Shown piece after piece: positions 1-10,025 of a stretch of 64,000 bases of DNA. Made by a program: the position numbers and the translations under genes. This DNA comes from Bacteroidaceae bacterium (GTDB lineage Bacteria > Bacteroidota > Bacteroidia > Bacteroidales > UBA932). Positions within the stretch are counted from its first letter, which is position 1. Each line of letters opens with the position of its first letter. The stretch is taken from contig CAVLDO010000004.1 of NCBI GenBank assembly GCA_963662035.1, positions 10,902 through 74,901 of the forward strand. The letters run 5' to 3'. A model generated the notes under the pieces. The model did no database searches. It was not told where the DNA came from and saw only the letters and a program-made list of their open reading frames with translations.

Positions 1-601
1 GGAGTCCAACGGCCTGTACTACCAGTGGGGCCGCAAAGATCCCTTCTCCTACGTCCTCGCATTTAACCCGGCTGCCGGCGAAGGCTGGTATCACTGGATT
101 GCCGGCAACAACGATGCCGTTTCCGATCCCGACATCCACAGCATAGCTTACACCGTGGCTCATCCCGACCAGTATATGGCAGCTTCTTCCCGCAACGCCG
201 ACTGGCTGCTTGAGGAAGGTCAGCACTGGCTCTGGGGTTTGGACTTCGTAGAGATGAGCTTAGCTGCTTATCCCAAGTTCAAATCCATCTATGACCCCTG
301 CCCCAAGGGCTATTGTGTAGCCAGTGCAGCTTGCATCGCCGCAGGTCTCAGCTCCGGCGGGCGTAACGAAGACAATTCGGTTTCTCTGTTCAGCGGTGCT
401 ATCACAGTCCCTGCATCAGGCTTTATCTATAATGGCGGCGGCGGATGGTATGGCTATGGCTCATTCGCTACCTTATGGAGCTGCTCCACTTCCTGGGGTA
501 ACCAGGAGAACGCATTCCGTCTCAAGAGTGCTGACGATGCTTATGACAACTACGACCGCGCAACTTCCGCTCCCGTACGTTGTATGAAACTTGCCGAATA
601 A
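1..601 (+). CDS. FISUMP-domain protein (Fibrobacter succinogenes major paralogous domain type), C-terminal ~200 aa; 5-prime end upstream of window
   Basis: Frame 2 is open from nt 2 (ESNGLYYQWGRKDPFSY...) into track ORF 155..601. Motifs YYQWGRKDP, IYDPCPKGY and C-terminal APVRCMK recur in the ORFs at 10711 and 17819. A strong terminator hairpin follows. Confidence 0.8.
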   Translation, partial: ESNGLYYQWGRKDPFSYVLAFNPAAGEGWYHWIAGNNDAVSDPDIHSIAYTVAHPDQYMAASSRNADWLLEEGQHWLWGLDFVEMSLAAYPKFKSIYDPCPKGYCVASAACIAAGLSSGGRNEDNSVSLFSGAITVPASGFIYNGGGGWYGYGSFATLWSCSTSWGNQENAFRLKSADDAYDNYDRATSAPVRCMKLAE

Positions 602-617
602 TTTTTTAAACAAGGTT

Positions 618-652
618 GGACAGAGGGAATCCCCTCTGTCCGGCCTTTTTTT
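618..652 (+). terminator. Rho-independent terminator after the first FISUMP gene
   Basis: Perfect 10-bp stem GGACAGAGGG/CCCTCTGTCC (618-627/632-641), 4-nt loop, then GGCC and a T7 run (646-652). Confidence 0.75.
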
Positions 653-672
653 AATTCATAATCACACAACTG

Positions 673-1896
673 ATGAAAAAGTTTTGCGTATATGCGCTGA
701 TTGTCCTGGGCGTGATATCCGTTATGGCCGCAAGCTGCAACAAGATAAATACTGATGATATTGAATCTGACACCCGCAGCTCTCTGGAGCGCTACTGGGC
801 AGAAGATTACGCCGGCCTCTACGGCTTGCAGGCAGGCACCCTTAATGTGGGCGGAGAGCAGGTTACCCGTATGTTTCTGGGCGGCAAGCCGCTCTATATA
901 ACCGGAATGAACTGCTTCAACCTCTTTACGCAGAGCTTTACATCCAACAGCTACACCGCCAGCGATATGGAGAAGACCGTGGCAGTGCTCCAGAGAGAGC
1001 AGGTGCCCGTAGTCCGCTTCAGCTGCAGCCCGTTCTACGCAGAGCAGTTCGGCTATTATTTTGACAACAAGGAGAAGTTCCTGGAAAACCTGGACTCCCT
1101 TGCAACTTGGTGCGACAGGGCACACATCGCCCTGATCCCCTCCATTTTCTGGAACACATCATCTGTCCCCACTTATTATGGCGAGGCGGCCGACGCCTGG
1201 GGCGATGTCGGCAGCAAGACTTACGCGCATATGCTCAGCTATACAGAGGATATCGTGAACACTCTCAAAGACCACAAATCCCTTGTTATGTGGGAGTTCG
1301 GCAACGAGTTCAGCCTGCAGGCCGACATTGAGATGGCCGGCTATCCCGCAATCAGCGCCGAAGATGTGGAGACCGCCTACAAGGGCTTTGCAGAGAAAAT
1401 CCTCTCGCTGGACCCCCATCGGCGGATAGTGGCCAGCGGCAACAGCATAATGCGCAACTCCCAGTATCACCAGTACACAGAAAAGAGCTGGACGGTGGAT
1501 TCCTGGGACCAGTACAAGCAGATTACGGGGATTCTGACCCCCGAGCCTATGAAAGGTATGTCAGAACACATTTACGAGGATGCCCGACAGTTCAGCGACA
1601 AGGGCACGGTGGAGCGCACAGACCAGATTGCCTATGCAAAGCAGGCGGCCGCCGCCCTGGGCAAGGCCTACTATGTGGGCGAATTCACCGGCCCCAATAC
1701 CGCCTCTGGCGACTCCCTTACGGTACGCAGGCATTTTATTGCATACTATGCCCAAAAGGTGCAGCTGAGCCTGATGTGGAACTATGCCCTCAGGGCCGAC
1801 ATCGAATACAGCTTCAAGGCCGACACCCCTTACGGGAATATGGCTTTTAACCTGATGCGCGAATTCAACGAGAGATTTAAAACAATAAGCGAATAG
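673..1896 (+). CDS. GH5-like (clan GH-A) glycoside hydrolase lipoprotein, mannanase/cellulase-type
   Basis: Lipobox VMAAS-C-NK. Acid/base-type motif MWEFGNEF and nucleophile-type motif YYVGEFTG at the spacing expected for a (beta/alpha)8 GH5 fold. Confidence 0.7.
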   Translation: MKKFCVYALIVLGVISVMAASCNKINTDDIESDTRSSLERYWAEDYAGLYGLQAGTLNVGGEQVTRMFLGGKPLYITGMNCFNLFTQSFTSNSYTASDMEKTVAVLQREQVPVVRFSCSPFYAEQFGYYFDNKEKFLENLDSLATWCDRAHIALIPSIFWNTSSVPTYYGEAADAWGDVGSKTYAHMLSYTEDIVNTLKDHKSLVMWEFGNEFSLQADIEMAGYPAISAEDVETAYKGFAEKILSLDPHRRIVASGNSIMRNSQYHQYTEKSWTVDSWDQYKQITGILTPEPMKGMSEHIYEDARQFSDKGTVERTDQIAYAKQAAAALGKAYYVGEFTGPNTASGDSLTVRRHFIAYYAQKVQLSLMWNYALRADIEYSFKADTPYGNMAFNLMREFNERFKTISE

Positions 1897-1898
1897 AT

Positions 1899-4295
1899 AT
1901 GAGAAAGATGTTATTGTCGGCCGCCGCTGCTTTGGCTTTCGGCGTTGCCGCATCGGCCCACGCAGGGCAGTACAGCCTCAACGGCAGCTGGAGCCTGAAG
2001 TTTTTCCCCCAGGGGGCGGAAGCCGTAACCACTCCGGAGGGGGCCGCCGCAGCGCAGGGAACCACGATAGAGGCCACCGTTCCGGGCAACGTGGAGCTGG
2101 ATATGCTGGCGGCGGGGCTGATAGAGAATCCCGAAATCGGCAACAACATCTACCTGCTGCGCCCCTACGAGGGGTATCAGTGGTGCTACAAAAAGACCTT
2201 CACCGCCCCCTCTCTGGAGGCTGGGCAGCGGGCAGTGATAGATTTTGAAGGGCTTGACACCTTTGCGGAGGTTTATCTCAACGGCAGCAAGGTGGGCAGC
2301 GCCGACAATATGCTCATAGCACACTGCTGGGACATCACGCATCTGATGCTCCCCGCAAAGGAGAACACCCTGGAGGTGATTATCCGCTCTTCTGTGCTGG
2401 AGGCGCAGAAGTATTTCTTGGGCGCCTTGAGCATCGGCAACTTTGCCAACGAAGAGTCGGCATACGTGCGCCGCGCCCCCAGCACCTACGGCTGGGACAT
2501 AATGCCCCGCCTGGTGAGTGCCGGCATTTGGCGCGACGTCTATATCAATATAGAGAATCCCGTCTCGATCTGCGACGCTCACTGGATGACAGCGAACGTC
2601 AACCTTGGTGAGAAGACGGCATACGAATACCTTTATCTGCAGACACGGATGCCCTTTGAGGCGCTGGACAACACGCTGGCGGTGGTGACACTTTCGCGCG
2701 GCGGAAAGCAGGTTCTGCGCACCGAGCATCTGATGCGCAAGGCGGCAGACATCCTGGCCTTCAACATAGAGAATGCCGATTTCTGGTGGCCCCGTGGCTA
2801 TGGCGAGCCCGCCCTCTACGAGGCGAAGGTGGAACTGGTGGACAAGAACACCGGCAAAGTGCTGGATTGCGATGTGCGCCGCATAGGTCTGCGCACCGTA
2901 ACTCTGGAGATGGACCAGATAAACCTCCCCGACAAGCCAGGCCGCTTCCAGTTTGTGGTGAACGGAGTCCCCGTGTTTGCAAAGGGGACCAACTGGGTGC
3001 CGCTGGACGCCTTCCACAGCCGCGACAAGAGCCACTACGACAGTGCCGTGGCGCTGATGGTGGAGATGAACTGCAACATAACCCGCTGCTGGGGCGGAAA
3101 CGTGTATGAAGATGACCGCTTCTTTGACCTCTGCGACGAAAGCGGCATTATGGTGTGGCAGGACTTTGCGATGGGCTGCTGCAACTACTCCCAGCGCGAC
3201 GATTTTGCCGCCGCGATAGAGAAGGAGGCCATAAGCGTGGTGCGCAAGCTGCGCAATCACCCCTCGCTGGTGCTCTGGAGCGGCAACAACGAGGATGACC
3301 AGAGTATGTTATTCGGCCGCCTGTACTCCTTCAAGATGGACCCCAACCGCGACCGCACTTCGCGGCAGACCCTCGCGCGCGTGGTGTATGAATTTGACCC
3401 GACCCGCTTCTATCTGCCAAGCAGTCCCTATTACACTCCTGCCGTTGTGGCTGCCGGGAGCGGTGACCCGCTGCTGCCCGAGAACCATCTCTGGGGCCCG
3501 CGCGGCTATTACAAGGCCGACTTCTACACAGGCAATCCCAGTCCATTCGTGAGCGAAATCGGCTACCACGGCTGTCCCAATATGGAAACACTCAAGAAGA
3601 TGTTCACCCCCGCCTGCGTCAACCCCTGGCTTAACGGAGAAAAGGGGATGTGGAACGACGAGTGGCAGACCAAGGCCAACCGCATCTACGACGACAAGTT
3701 CCAGGGAGGCCGCAACGATCTTATGACCAATCAGGTAAAAATCATATTCGGAGAGATCCCCGACAAACTTGAAGATTTCATATTCGCCTCGCAGAGCGTG
3801 CAGGCTGAAGCTATGAAATATTTCGTAGAGATGTGGCGCGGAGGCCGGCCGCAACGCAGCGGCATCATCTGGTGGAACATCCGCGACGGCTGGCCGCTCC
3901 TTTCCGATGCCGTGTGCGACTATTACGGCGGCAAGAAGAGAGCATTCCACTATCTGCGCAATGTACATCACGATGTGATCTGCCTTGTGAACGATTCCGG
4001 GCAAGGCTACACTCTGCGCGCCGACAACTGCACTCTTGAAGATGCCTCGGGAGAGGTTACGGTAAAGGATGTGGCCAGCGGCAAGACCGTTTTCAGCGGC
4101 AAGTTCACCGCCGGGGCCAACACCGCCACCAAGATCGCCGACCTTGCGAAGATGCAGGGGCAGGGGATGCTGCTGATAAGCTACAGCATCGGCGGAGAAA
4201 AATTCGCCAACCACTACCTCTACGGCGAGCCCCCGTACAAACTTTCCGATTACAGAAACTGGATAAGACGCACCAAGATTTATGAAGAGAAATAA
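1899..4295 (+). CDS. GH2 family glycoside hydrolase, beta-mannosidase-like (798 aa)
   Basis: SPI-type signal peptide. GH2 sugar-binding, Ig and TIM order. WSGNNED acid/base region and VSEIGYHGCP nucleophile region resemble Bacteroides beta-mannosidase BtMan2A (from memory). 2-nt gap to the upstream gene. Confidence 0.8.
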   Translation: MRKMLLSAAAALAFGVAASAHAGQYSLNGSWSLKFFPQGAEAVTTPEGAAAAQGTTIEATVPGNVELDMLAAGLIENPEIGNNIYLLRPYEGYQWCYKKTFTAPSLEAGQRAVIDFEGLDTFAEVYLNGSKVGSADNMLIAHCWDITHLMLPAKENTLEVIIRSSVLEAQKYFLGALSIGNFANEESAYVRRAPSTYGWDIMPRLVSAGIWRDVYINIENPVSICDAHWMTANVNLGEKTAYEYLYLQTRMPFEALDNTLAVVTLSRGGKQVLRTEHLMRKAADILAFNIENADFWWPRGYGEPALYEAKVELVDKNTGKVLDCDVRRIGLRTVTLEMDQINLPDKPGRFQFVVNGVPVFAKGTNWVPLDAFHSRDKSHYDSAVALMVEMNCNITRCWGGNVYEDDRFFDLCDESGIMVWQDFAMGCCNYSQRDDFAAAIEKEAISVVRKLRNHPSLVLWSGNNEDDQSMLFGRLYSFKMDPNRDRTSRQTLARVVYEFDPTRFYLPSSPYYTPAVVAAGSGDPLLPENHLWGPRGYYKADFYTGNPSPFVSEIGYHGCPNMETLKKMFTPACVNPWLNGEKGMWNDEWQTKANRIYDDKFQGGRNDLMTNQVKIIFGEIPDKLEDFIFASQSVQAEAMKYFVEMWRGGRPQRSGIIWWNIRDGWPLLSDAVCDYYGGKKRAFHYLRNVHHDVICLVNDSGQGYTLRADNCTLEDASGEVTVKDVASGKTVFSGKFTAGANTATKIADLAKMQGQGMLLISYSIGGEKFANHYLYGEPPYKLSDYRNWIRRTKIYEEK

Positions 4296-5781
4296 CGCGA
4301 CCGCCTGCGCCCTGGCGGCATTGCTGGCTCTTGCCGGCTGTTCTGACAACTATCGCAGATGCTCCCTTGGGGAGCCCACACCCGTCACGGTGGAGGCCGT
4401 CGGGGCTGAGTTTGACCCCCACTTCTATGCTCAGAACATTGTGGGCCGGCCACAGGCGGGGATTCCGGAGGGAGCAATGGATGTGATTGCCGACAGGGTG
4501 ACCCGGATGGGGCTGCAGAAGTTCCGCGTGATGGTTCAGCCGCAGTGGTACGAGCCCTACAATGATAATTCTGACCCCTTTGATACGGATTTCGGCGCCT
4601 TCAGGTGGAACACCGTGGAGATGCAGTCGCTCTGCAAGGTGCTGGACATCGCCCAGAAAAACAATATGCAGGTGTGCCTTGTGATGTGGGGCTGCACCCG
4701 TTACGTGAGTATGGTGGAGAGTGAGTATGCCGATGTCAAGACCTGCTTTATGTGCGACTACGACGCCTGCGGCAACTGGATATGCCCTCCCGAGGATGTC
4801 GATGAGTTTGCGGAGAACTTCGCCGCCCTGGTGAAGTATCTGCGCGGCGAGCGTGGCTACACCTGCATAACGGAGGTGACCCCCTTTAACGAACCTGGAG
4901 GCGACGTGATTGCTCCCGAAGGGTATATGAAGGTGTGCCGCGCCCTGGACGCCCACTTCCGCCGTCTCGGGGTGCGCGACGATGTCCGCTTCAATCTCTC
5001 CGACAACATAGACACCCATCAGTACTATCTCGAAGCCTGCGCTGATCAGCTGCAGGGCATCGCCGACATATTCAACAGCCACACCTACATCTTCGGCTAC
5101 GAGACTCCCAACGACACGATTCTCGCCTGGGAGCGCAACAATGTGGCAATCAGCGCACGGGCGGGCCTGAAGCATCTGGTGGGCGAATTCGGCAGCAACC
5201 AGTGCGTGGGCGCCAGCCGCCAGCGGGACATCGACACTTATCTGCGCGGGGTGCTTATGACCCGCCTTGCCCTCAATTTCTTCAATGCAGGGGCGTGCGG
5301 CGTCAGCTACTGGGGGCTGTTGGACCAGTATTACAACTACAACGCCGATTATGAGCAGATGCAGCAGCTCGGGCTCTGGCGCAGCGCAAAAATAGAATAT
5401 GCACAGGATACGACATATTCCCGCATCAATGCCGATTTCGAGTGCCGGCCGCAGTACTATGCCTACTCGCTGCTGAGCGCGAATGTACGCCCCGGGGCGC
5501 AGATTTATCCCATGGAGACTGGCAGCGGTTTTGCCGCCGCCACCGCCTTTGTCAACAGCGACGGCCGTTGGGTGTATGTCATAGCCAACCAGGAAAACCG
5601 CCCGCTGAGGCTGAATCTTGAGGCAAGGGAGGAGGGTAAATTCTCCGTGATTGAATATAGAGAGGATGCACTCCCCTCCGATGACTCGCTTCCCGCCCCC
5701 TGCGGCGAGGTCAAGGCCGCCGGTGGAGAGCTCAAGATAGATGTTCCCGCACGTAGTGTCGTTTTTTGCTGTCAGAAATAG
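4282..5781 (+). CDS. Clan GH-A glycoside hydrolase lipoprotein (GH5/GH30-like) with C-terminal beta-sandwich
   Basis: Lipobox LALAG-C-SDN. TPFNEPGG (acid/base type) and LVGEFGSNQ (nucleophile type). 14-nt overlap with the upstream GH2. Confidence 0.65.
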   Translation: MKRNNATACALAALLALAGCSDNYRRCSLGEPTPVTVEAVGAEFDPHFYAQNIVGRPQAGIPEGAMDVIADRVTRMGLQKFRVMVQPQWYEPYNDNSDPFDTDFGAFRWNTVEMQSLCKVLDIAQKNNMQVCLVMWGCTRYVSMVESEYADVKTCFMCDYDACGNWICPPEDVDEFAENFAALVKYLRGERGYTCITEVTPFNEPGGDVIAPEGYMKVCRALDAHFRRLGVRDDVRFNLSDNIDTHQYYLEACADQLQGIADIFNSHTYIFGYETPNDTILAWERNNVAISARAGLKHLVGEFGSNQCVGASRQRDIDTYLRGVLMTRLALNFFNAGACGVSYWGLLDQYYNYNADYEQMQQLGLWRSAKIEYAQDTTYSRINADFECRPQYYAYSLLSANVRPGAQIYPMETGSGFAAATAFVNSDGRWVYVIANQENRPLRLNLEAREEGKFSVIEYREDALPSDDSLPAPCGEVKAAGGELKIDVPARSVVFCCQK

Positions 5782-5790
5782 TCTGTTGCC

Positions 5791-7452
5791 ATGAACCCTC
5801 GTTTTTTTCTGGCCGGAAGCCTGTCCATAGCCCTCTGCGCGGCCTGCTGCGGCGGTTGTGAAAAACCCGGCACGAATACGGGCAATGTCTACGGCAATTC
5901 AATTGTGGTGGATGCCACATCGCAGGGGGACATCCTGCCCAACATCGCGAGCAACGTAAATGTCTGGGATATGGGCAAGAGCTACTACCATCCCCAAATA
6001 AATCAGGAAGCGAATGTGTTTGAATTTGTGGAGTATGTGCAGTTTATGCAGTGCACGGGCGGCAGCACCGAGCGCGACCTGTTTCGCTATAGCGAGCGCA
6101 GGGATGTCAAGGACGACTACAAGTTCGACGGTCTTGTCACAAACTGCAGGGGCGTGCTGAAGGTGGGCGCCAAGCCGCACCTCAAGCTTGGCAGCGTCCC
6201 GCTCAAGCTCACCACCGATCCTGTGGCGGGCGGCTTCGGCACCAACCTCTATCCCCCGGACGATTACGGCGAGTATTATACATACATCAAGGCGGTTATT
6301 TCTGCCCTGGTGGAGGAGTTCGGGGTGGAGGAGGTGCGCTCGTGGCACTTTGGCTGTATGACCGAATATGAGAATTACGACTGGTTCAAGGCCCGCAGCG
6401 GGGATGCCGCAGAGAGCCGGGAGGCCTTCTGCAAGCTGTATGACTACACCGTGAAAGCGCTCACCGATGTGCTGGGGGAGGATGTGTATGTGGGGGCGCA
6501 CAGTATGACGGTCACCGAAGGGGGCTGGGACGAGCGGGCATTTATCGAGCACTGCGCCAGCGGCACCAACTATGCCGACGGCGGCATCGGCACGCGGCTC
6601 TGCTATCTGTCGGCCTCTTTTTATGATTTCAACCCCGGAACCTACACCACGGGGATGGATCTGGCCTCCACGGTGACGTTTCTCAAGAATGCCGCCGAGT
6701 CCTGCGGCCTTAAAGATCTCAAATATGGGATAGACGAGGGGAGGATTCTCGCCGGAGTGAATGCCGGCAGCCAGTCGCGGGATCTCTACAACCGCACAAC
6801 GGGCTACACCTGGCAGGCGGCCTACGATGCCCGTCTGTTCAAGATAGGCATAGATGCCGGGCTGGACTACTTCTCTTCGTGGAACTTTCTCACCGGCGGG
6901 AACCTCTACGGCTATCCGATAATCAGTTATCACGTGGCGCGCAACATCGCCCGTATGGCCGGAATGCACCGCGCCGAAGAGCGGGTCAGCTTCAGCGCTC
7001 TGGACGGGGCGGAGGCGGACTGCCTGGCCGCAACCGACGGCAGCACAGTGCGCCTGATGGTGTACAATTTCAAGAACGACCTTAACTATTTGCGCAAGAT
7101 TAACTACACGCTGCAGGTGAAATGCCCCTTCGGCGGCAAAAATGCCGAGGTGACCCGCAGCTTGGTGAGCGACGACTGCAACTTCTTTGACGAATGGCTC
7201 AAAGACCGCGAAGAGCTGGGCATCACCTCCGCCGACTTTGGCTGGAGCCCCGACGATCCTATGCTTGACTGCAGCGTGACTCTTAGCAGCTCTTCGGCAA
7301 GGGCCAAGTACAACACCGTGAGGGACAAATACATTGAATGCTCACGTCTGGTGCCGGTTACTGAAACGGTGCCGGTCAAAAAAGGTACGATAACGCTGGA
7401 GGAGACGCTGGATGCCGGCAATGTCCTCTTCCTTGAAATAAAACCGCTATGA
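5791..7452 (+). CDS. Putative glycoside hydrolase lipoprotein, distant GH39-like TIM barrel, family unassigned
   Basis: Cys-rich lipobox region LCAACCGGC-EK. Segment VRSWHFGCMTEYENYDWF sits where GH39-type enzymes carry W.(I/V)WNEP. Embedded in the GH operon. Family call is weak. Confidence 0.4.
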   Translation: MNPRFFLAGSLSIALCAACCGGCEKPGTNTGNVYGNSIVVDATSQGDILPNIASNVNVWDMGKSYYHPQINQEANVFEFVEYVQFMQCTGGSTERDLFRYSERRDVKDDYKFDGLVTNCRGVLKVGAKPHLKLGSVPLKLTTDPVAGGFGTNLYPPDDYGEYYTYIKAVISALVEEFGVEEVRSWHFGCMTEYENYDWFKARSGDAAESREAFCKLYDYTVKALTDVLGEDVYVGAHSMTVTEGGWDERAFIEHCASGTNYADGGIGTRLCYLSASFYDFNPGTYTTGMDLASTVTFLKNAAESCGLKDLKYGIDEGRILAGVNAGSQSRDLYNRTTGYTWQAAYDARLFKIGIDAGLDYFSSWNFLTGGNLYGYPIISYHVARNIARMAGMHRAEERVSFSALDGAEADCLAATDGSTVRLMVYNFKNDLNYLRKINYTLQVKCPFGGKNAEVTRSLVSDDCNFFDEWLKDREELGITSADFGWSPDDPMLDCSVTLSSSSARAKYNTVRDKYIECSRLVPVTETVPVKKGTITLEETLDAGNVLFLEIKPL

Positions 7453-10025
7453 AAAGATTCGTAACACTGATTTGCTCGCTTGTCTTTGCCTCGGCTTCTT
7501 TTGCCGGGCAGGTGCTGGATCTCTCCGGAATATGGCGTCTGAATCCCGCCGGAGAGGGGGCGCCCGAGGGCAAGAGCATCCCCTCTGACCTGCCCGTGGC
7601 CGTGCCGGGCGATGTACACGGCGCCCTGCTGGAGGCGGGACTTATAGAGGACCCCTACTTTTCCTTCAACGAGCTGGAGAATCTCTGGGTCGGGAGAATG
7701 AGCTGGCGCATAGGCCGCACATTCACGGTGAGCGAAGAGATGATGGCCTGCGAGGCGGTGTATCTGCGCCTGGAGGATGTTGACACATTCTGCGACATCT
7801 TTGTCAACGGCCACAAGGCGGGCAGCACCACCAACCGCTTCCGCCGCTGGGAATGGGATGTCAAACCCTACCTCAAGGCTGGCGAGAACCGGATCGAGGG
7901 ACTCTTTTACAGCGCGGAAAACGAGAGCAAAAAGCTCAGCGCCGCCTACGGCTACGCGATGCCGATGTCGGAGGTGGGGCTGGTGCCCACTATAAACGTG
8001 ATACGCAAGCCCGCCTGCCACGGCGGATGGGACTGGGGCCCCTGTCAGATGGTCACCGGCTTTGCCGGGGATGTGCAGCTGATAGCCTGCGATGCGGCCC
8101 GATTGGACTATGCATATTGCGACCAGGATTTCTCCCGCAAGGGGCGCTGCCGCGTCACTGTGAATGTGGAACTGACCTCCCCCAAAGGGGGCGCCGCTGA
8201 TGTCGCAGTCTCCTTTGACGGACAGAAAAAGGTGCGCAAAATGAAGCTTAACCCGGGGAAGAACATCGCGCAGGTGGAATTTACAGTTAAAAACCCCCGC
8301 CTGTGGTGGCCCAACGGAATGGGAGAGCAGAATCTCTACCCGCTGGAGGTCTCGGCCGAAGGCAGCACCATCTCCCGCAAGATAGGGCTGCGGCAGGTTG
8401 AGGTCGTAAGTAAAGAGGATACAATCTACGGCAAGCCGGGGCGGAGTATGACATTCCGCATCAACGGCCGCGATATGTTTGCCAAAGGGGCCGACTGGGT
8501 CCCCTGCGAGCTGTTCGAGAGCCGTATGACCTACAGCCGCTATGCCGACATTCTCACCAGCGCCCGCGACGCCAATATGAATATGTTGCGCCACTGGGGC
8601 GGCGGACAGTTCGAGCACGAGGCCTTCTACAATATCTGCGACTCGCTGGGGCTGATGCTATGGCACGACTTTATGTTCTCCTGCGCCATTTATCCTGCCG
8701 ACAAGCGCTTTATGGATGAGGTGGAGGCGGAATTGAACCATCAGCTGCGCCGCCTGCGCGACCACTGCTGCATTGCGATGTGGTGCGGCGACAACGAGTG
8801 CGTGGGGGCCCTGGGCTGGTGGGATGTCACCCGCAGCAACCGCGAGTTCTACACGGCAAACCTGGACACTCTCATAAGGATGCGCGGCAGGGTGGCCGCC
8901 GAGGTCGACCCCGCGCGCGTCTATTGGCCCAGCTCCCCCTGCGCCGGTCCCGGAGACTATCAGACCGACAACTGGAAGGAGGACACCAAGGGGGATATGC
9001 ATCTGTGGTCGGTGTCAAAATACGTCGGCCCGCTGCAGGACTACTTCAAGGTCAAGCCCCGCTTCTGCTCTGAATACGGACACAGCTGCCTGCCCCGCTA
9101 CGACCTGATAGAGAAATACCTCACCCCCGGGGAGGCCAATATCTGGTCTCCCGAATTCGACCATCACGTGAAGGAGGTCACCGAAGGGCGCCGAGGCAAC
9201 AAGATAATCACCGACCGCCTCTATCTGCACTTCAAGCATCCGCGCAGGATGGAAGATCTCTTCTACCTCTCGCAGGCAGAGCAGGCGATGGGGCTGCAGA
9301 CCGCCTCGCAGTTCTGGCGTACGCTGGAGCCCGGCTGTATGGGCACCATCTTCTGGCAGTTGAACGACATCTGGCCCGGCGCATCGTGGAGCAGCATCGA
9401 ATACGACGGCAAATGGAAGCAGAGCCAATACCGGGCAAAGCGCTTCTTCGCCCCCGAAGTGATCAGCGTGGTGCCTTCTGCAACGGAGGACGGGGCGTTG
9501 AGCATCTGGGTGAGCAACGATACAGCCGAGAAAAAGAATTACGAGGCAACCGTACGGCTCTGGAGCTTTGACGGCTCCATTGTGGCTGAAAAGAGCTATT
9601 CCCTGACGCTCGACGCGGGAACTTGCTCCGTGGCAGCAGAATACGGCGCGGCTGACTTCGGCTGCGAAAATGAGCGCCGCGGGCGTTTTTTGGAGCTGAC
9701 CCTCGTCTCGGACGGGCGCGTGGCGGCCTACAATACCTGGCTTTTTGACGAGTTCAAGAACAGCCCGCTGCCAAGTGCAGATGTGCGCTGCAGCGCCTCC
9801 GATGCCGGCGGCAAGTGGACTGTGACCCTCACGAGCGACGCCCCGGCCTTTTTTGTATGGCTCTCGGTGGGGGATATACCGGGCGAGTTCAGCGACAACA
9901 GCTTTACGCTCTATCCCGGCCGCCCTGTGGAACTGGTGTTCACCCCCAAGGAAGGCTTCAACGACTTTGCTTCTTTCAAGCAAGCCTTGTTTGTAAATCA
10001 TATAGCAAAAACATATCAGCAATGA
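7449..10025 (+). CDS. GH2 family glycoside hydrolase, beta-mannosidase-like (858 aa), second copy
   Basis: Signal peptide. WCGDNECV acid/base region and FCSEYGHSCLP nucleophile region. Clearly homologous along its length to 1899..4295 but divergent. ATGA start/stop overlap with the upstream ORF (7449-7452). Confidence 0.8.
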   Translation: MKRFVTLICSLVFASASFAGQVLDLSGIWRLNPAGEGAPEGKSIPSDLPVAVPGDVHGALLEAGLIEDPYFSFNELENLWVGRMSWRIGRTFTVSEEMMACEAVYLRLEDVDTFCDIFVNGHKAGSTTNRFRRWEWDVKPYLKAGENRIEGLFYSAENESKKLSAAYGYAMPMSEVGLVPTINVIRKPACHGGWDWGPCQMVTGFAGDVQLIACDAARLDYAYCDQDFSRKGRCRVTVNVELTSPKGGAADVAVSFDGQKKVRKMKLNPGKNIAQVEFTVKNPRLWWPNGMGEQNLYPLEVSAEGSTISRKIGLRQVEVVSKEDTIYGKPGRSMTFRINGRDMFAKGADWVPCELFESRMTYSRYADILTSARDANMNMLRHWGGGQFEHEAFYNICDSLGLMLWHDFMFSCAIYPADKRFMDEVEAELNHQLRRLRDHCCIAMWCGDNECVGALGWWDVTRSNREFYTANLDTLIRMRGRVAAEVDPARVYWPSSPCAGPGDYQTDNWKEDTKGDMHLWSVSKYVGPLQDYFKVKPRFCSEYGHSCLPRYDLIEKYLTPGEANIWSPEFDHHVKEVTEGRRGNKIITDRLYLHFKHPRRMEDLFYLSQAEQAMGLQTASQFWRTLEPGCMGTIFWQLNDIWPGASWSSIEYDGKWKQSQYRAKRFFAPEVISVVPSATEDGALSIWVSNDTAEKKNYEATVRLWSFDGSIVAEKSYSLTLDAGTCSVAAEYGAADFGCENERRGRFLELTLVSDGRVAAYNTWLFDEFKNSPLPSADVRCSASDAGGKWTVTLTSDAPAFFVWLSVGDIPGEFSDNSFTLYPGRPVELVFTPKEGFNDFASFKQALFVNHIAKTYQQ

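Noticed and set aside
1911-4349. Long antisense ORFs opposite the first GH2 gene (1911..3260, 449 aa; 3309..4349, 346 aa). Similar ones lie elsewhere: 5899..6969, 7104..8618, 21256..23034, 38447..40162, 43423..44697 and 49407..50888.
   Set aside because: They are Ala/Gly/Arg/His/Val-rich low-information translations lying exactly opposite ORFs with strong family motifs. They are typical shadow ORFs of GC-rich DNA, with no signal peptides, motifs or promoter boxes.
9815-10021. Upstream extensions of gmhA (9815), galM (60874), lolA-like (44673), prfA (52453), galK (59828), ORF 14616 and rfbD (41536) in the track.
   Set aside because: Each extension overlaps the preceding gene or a promoter region, uses a non-ATG start, or lacks family or signal-peptide character. 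Internal ATGs give canonical N-termini.
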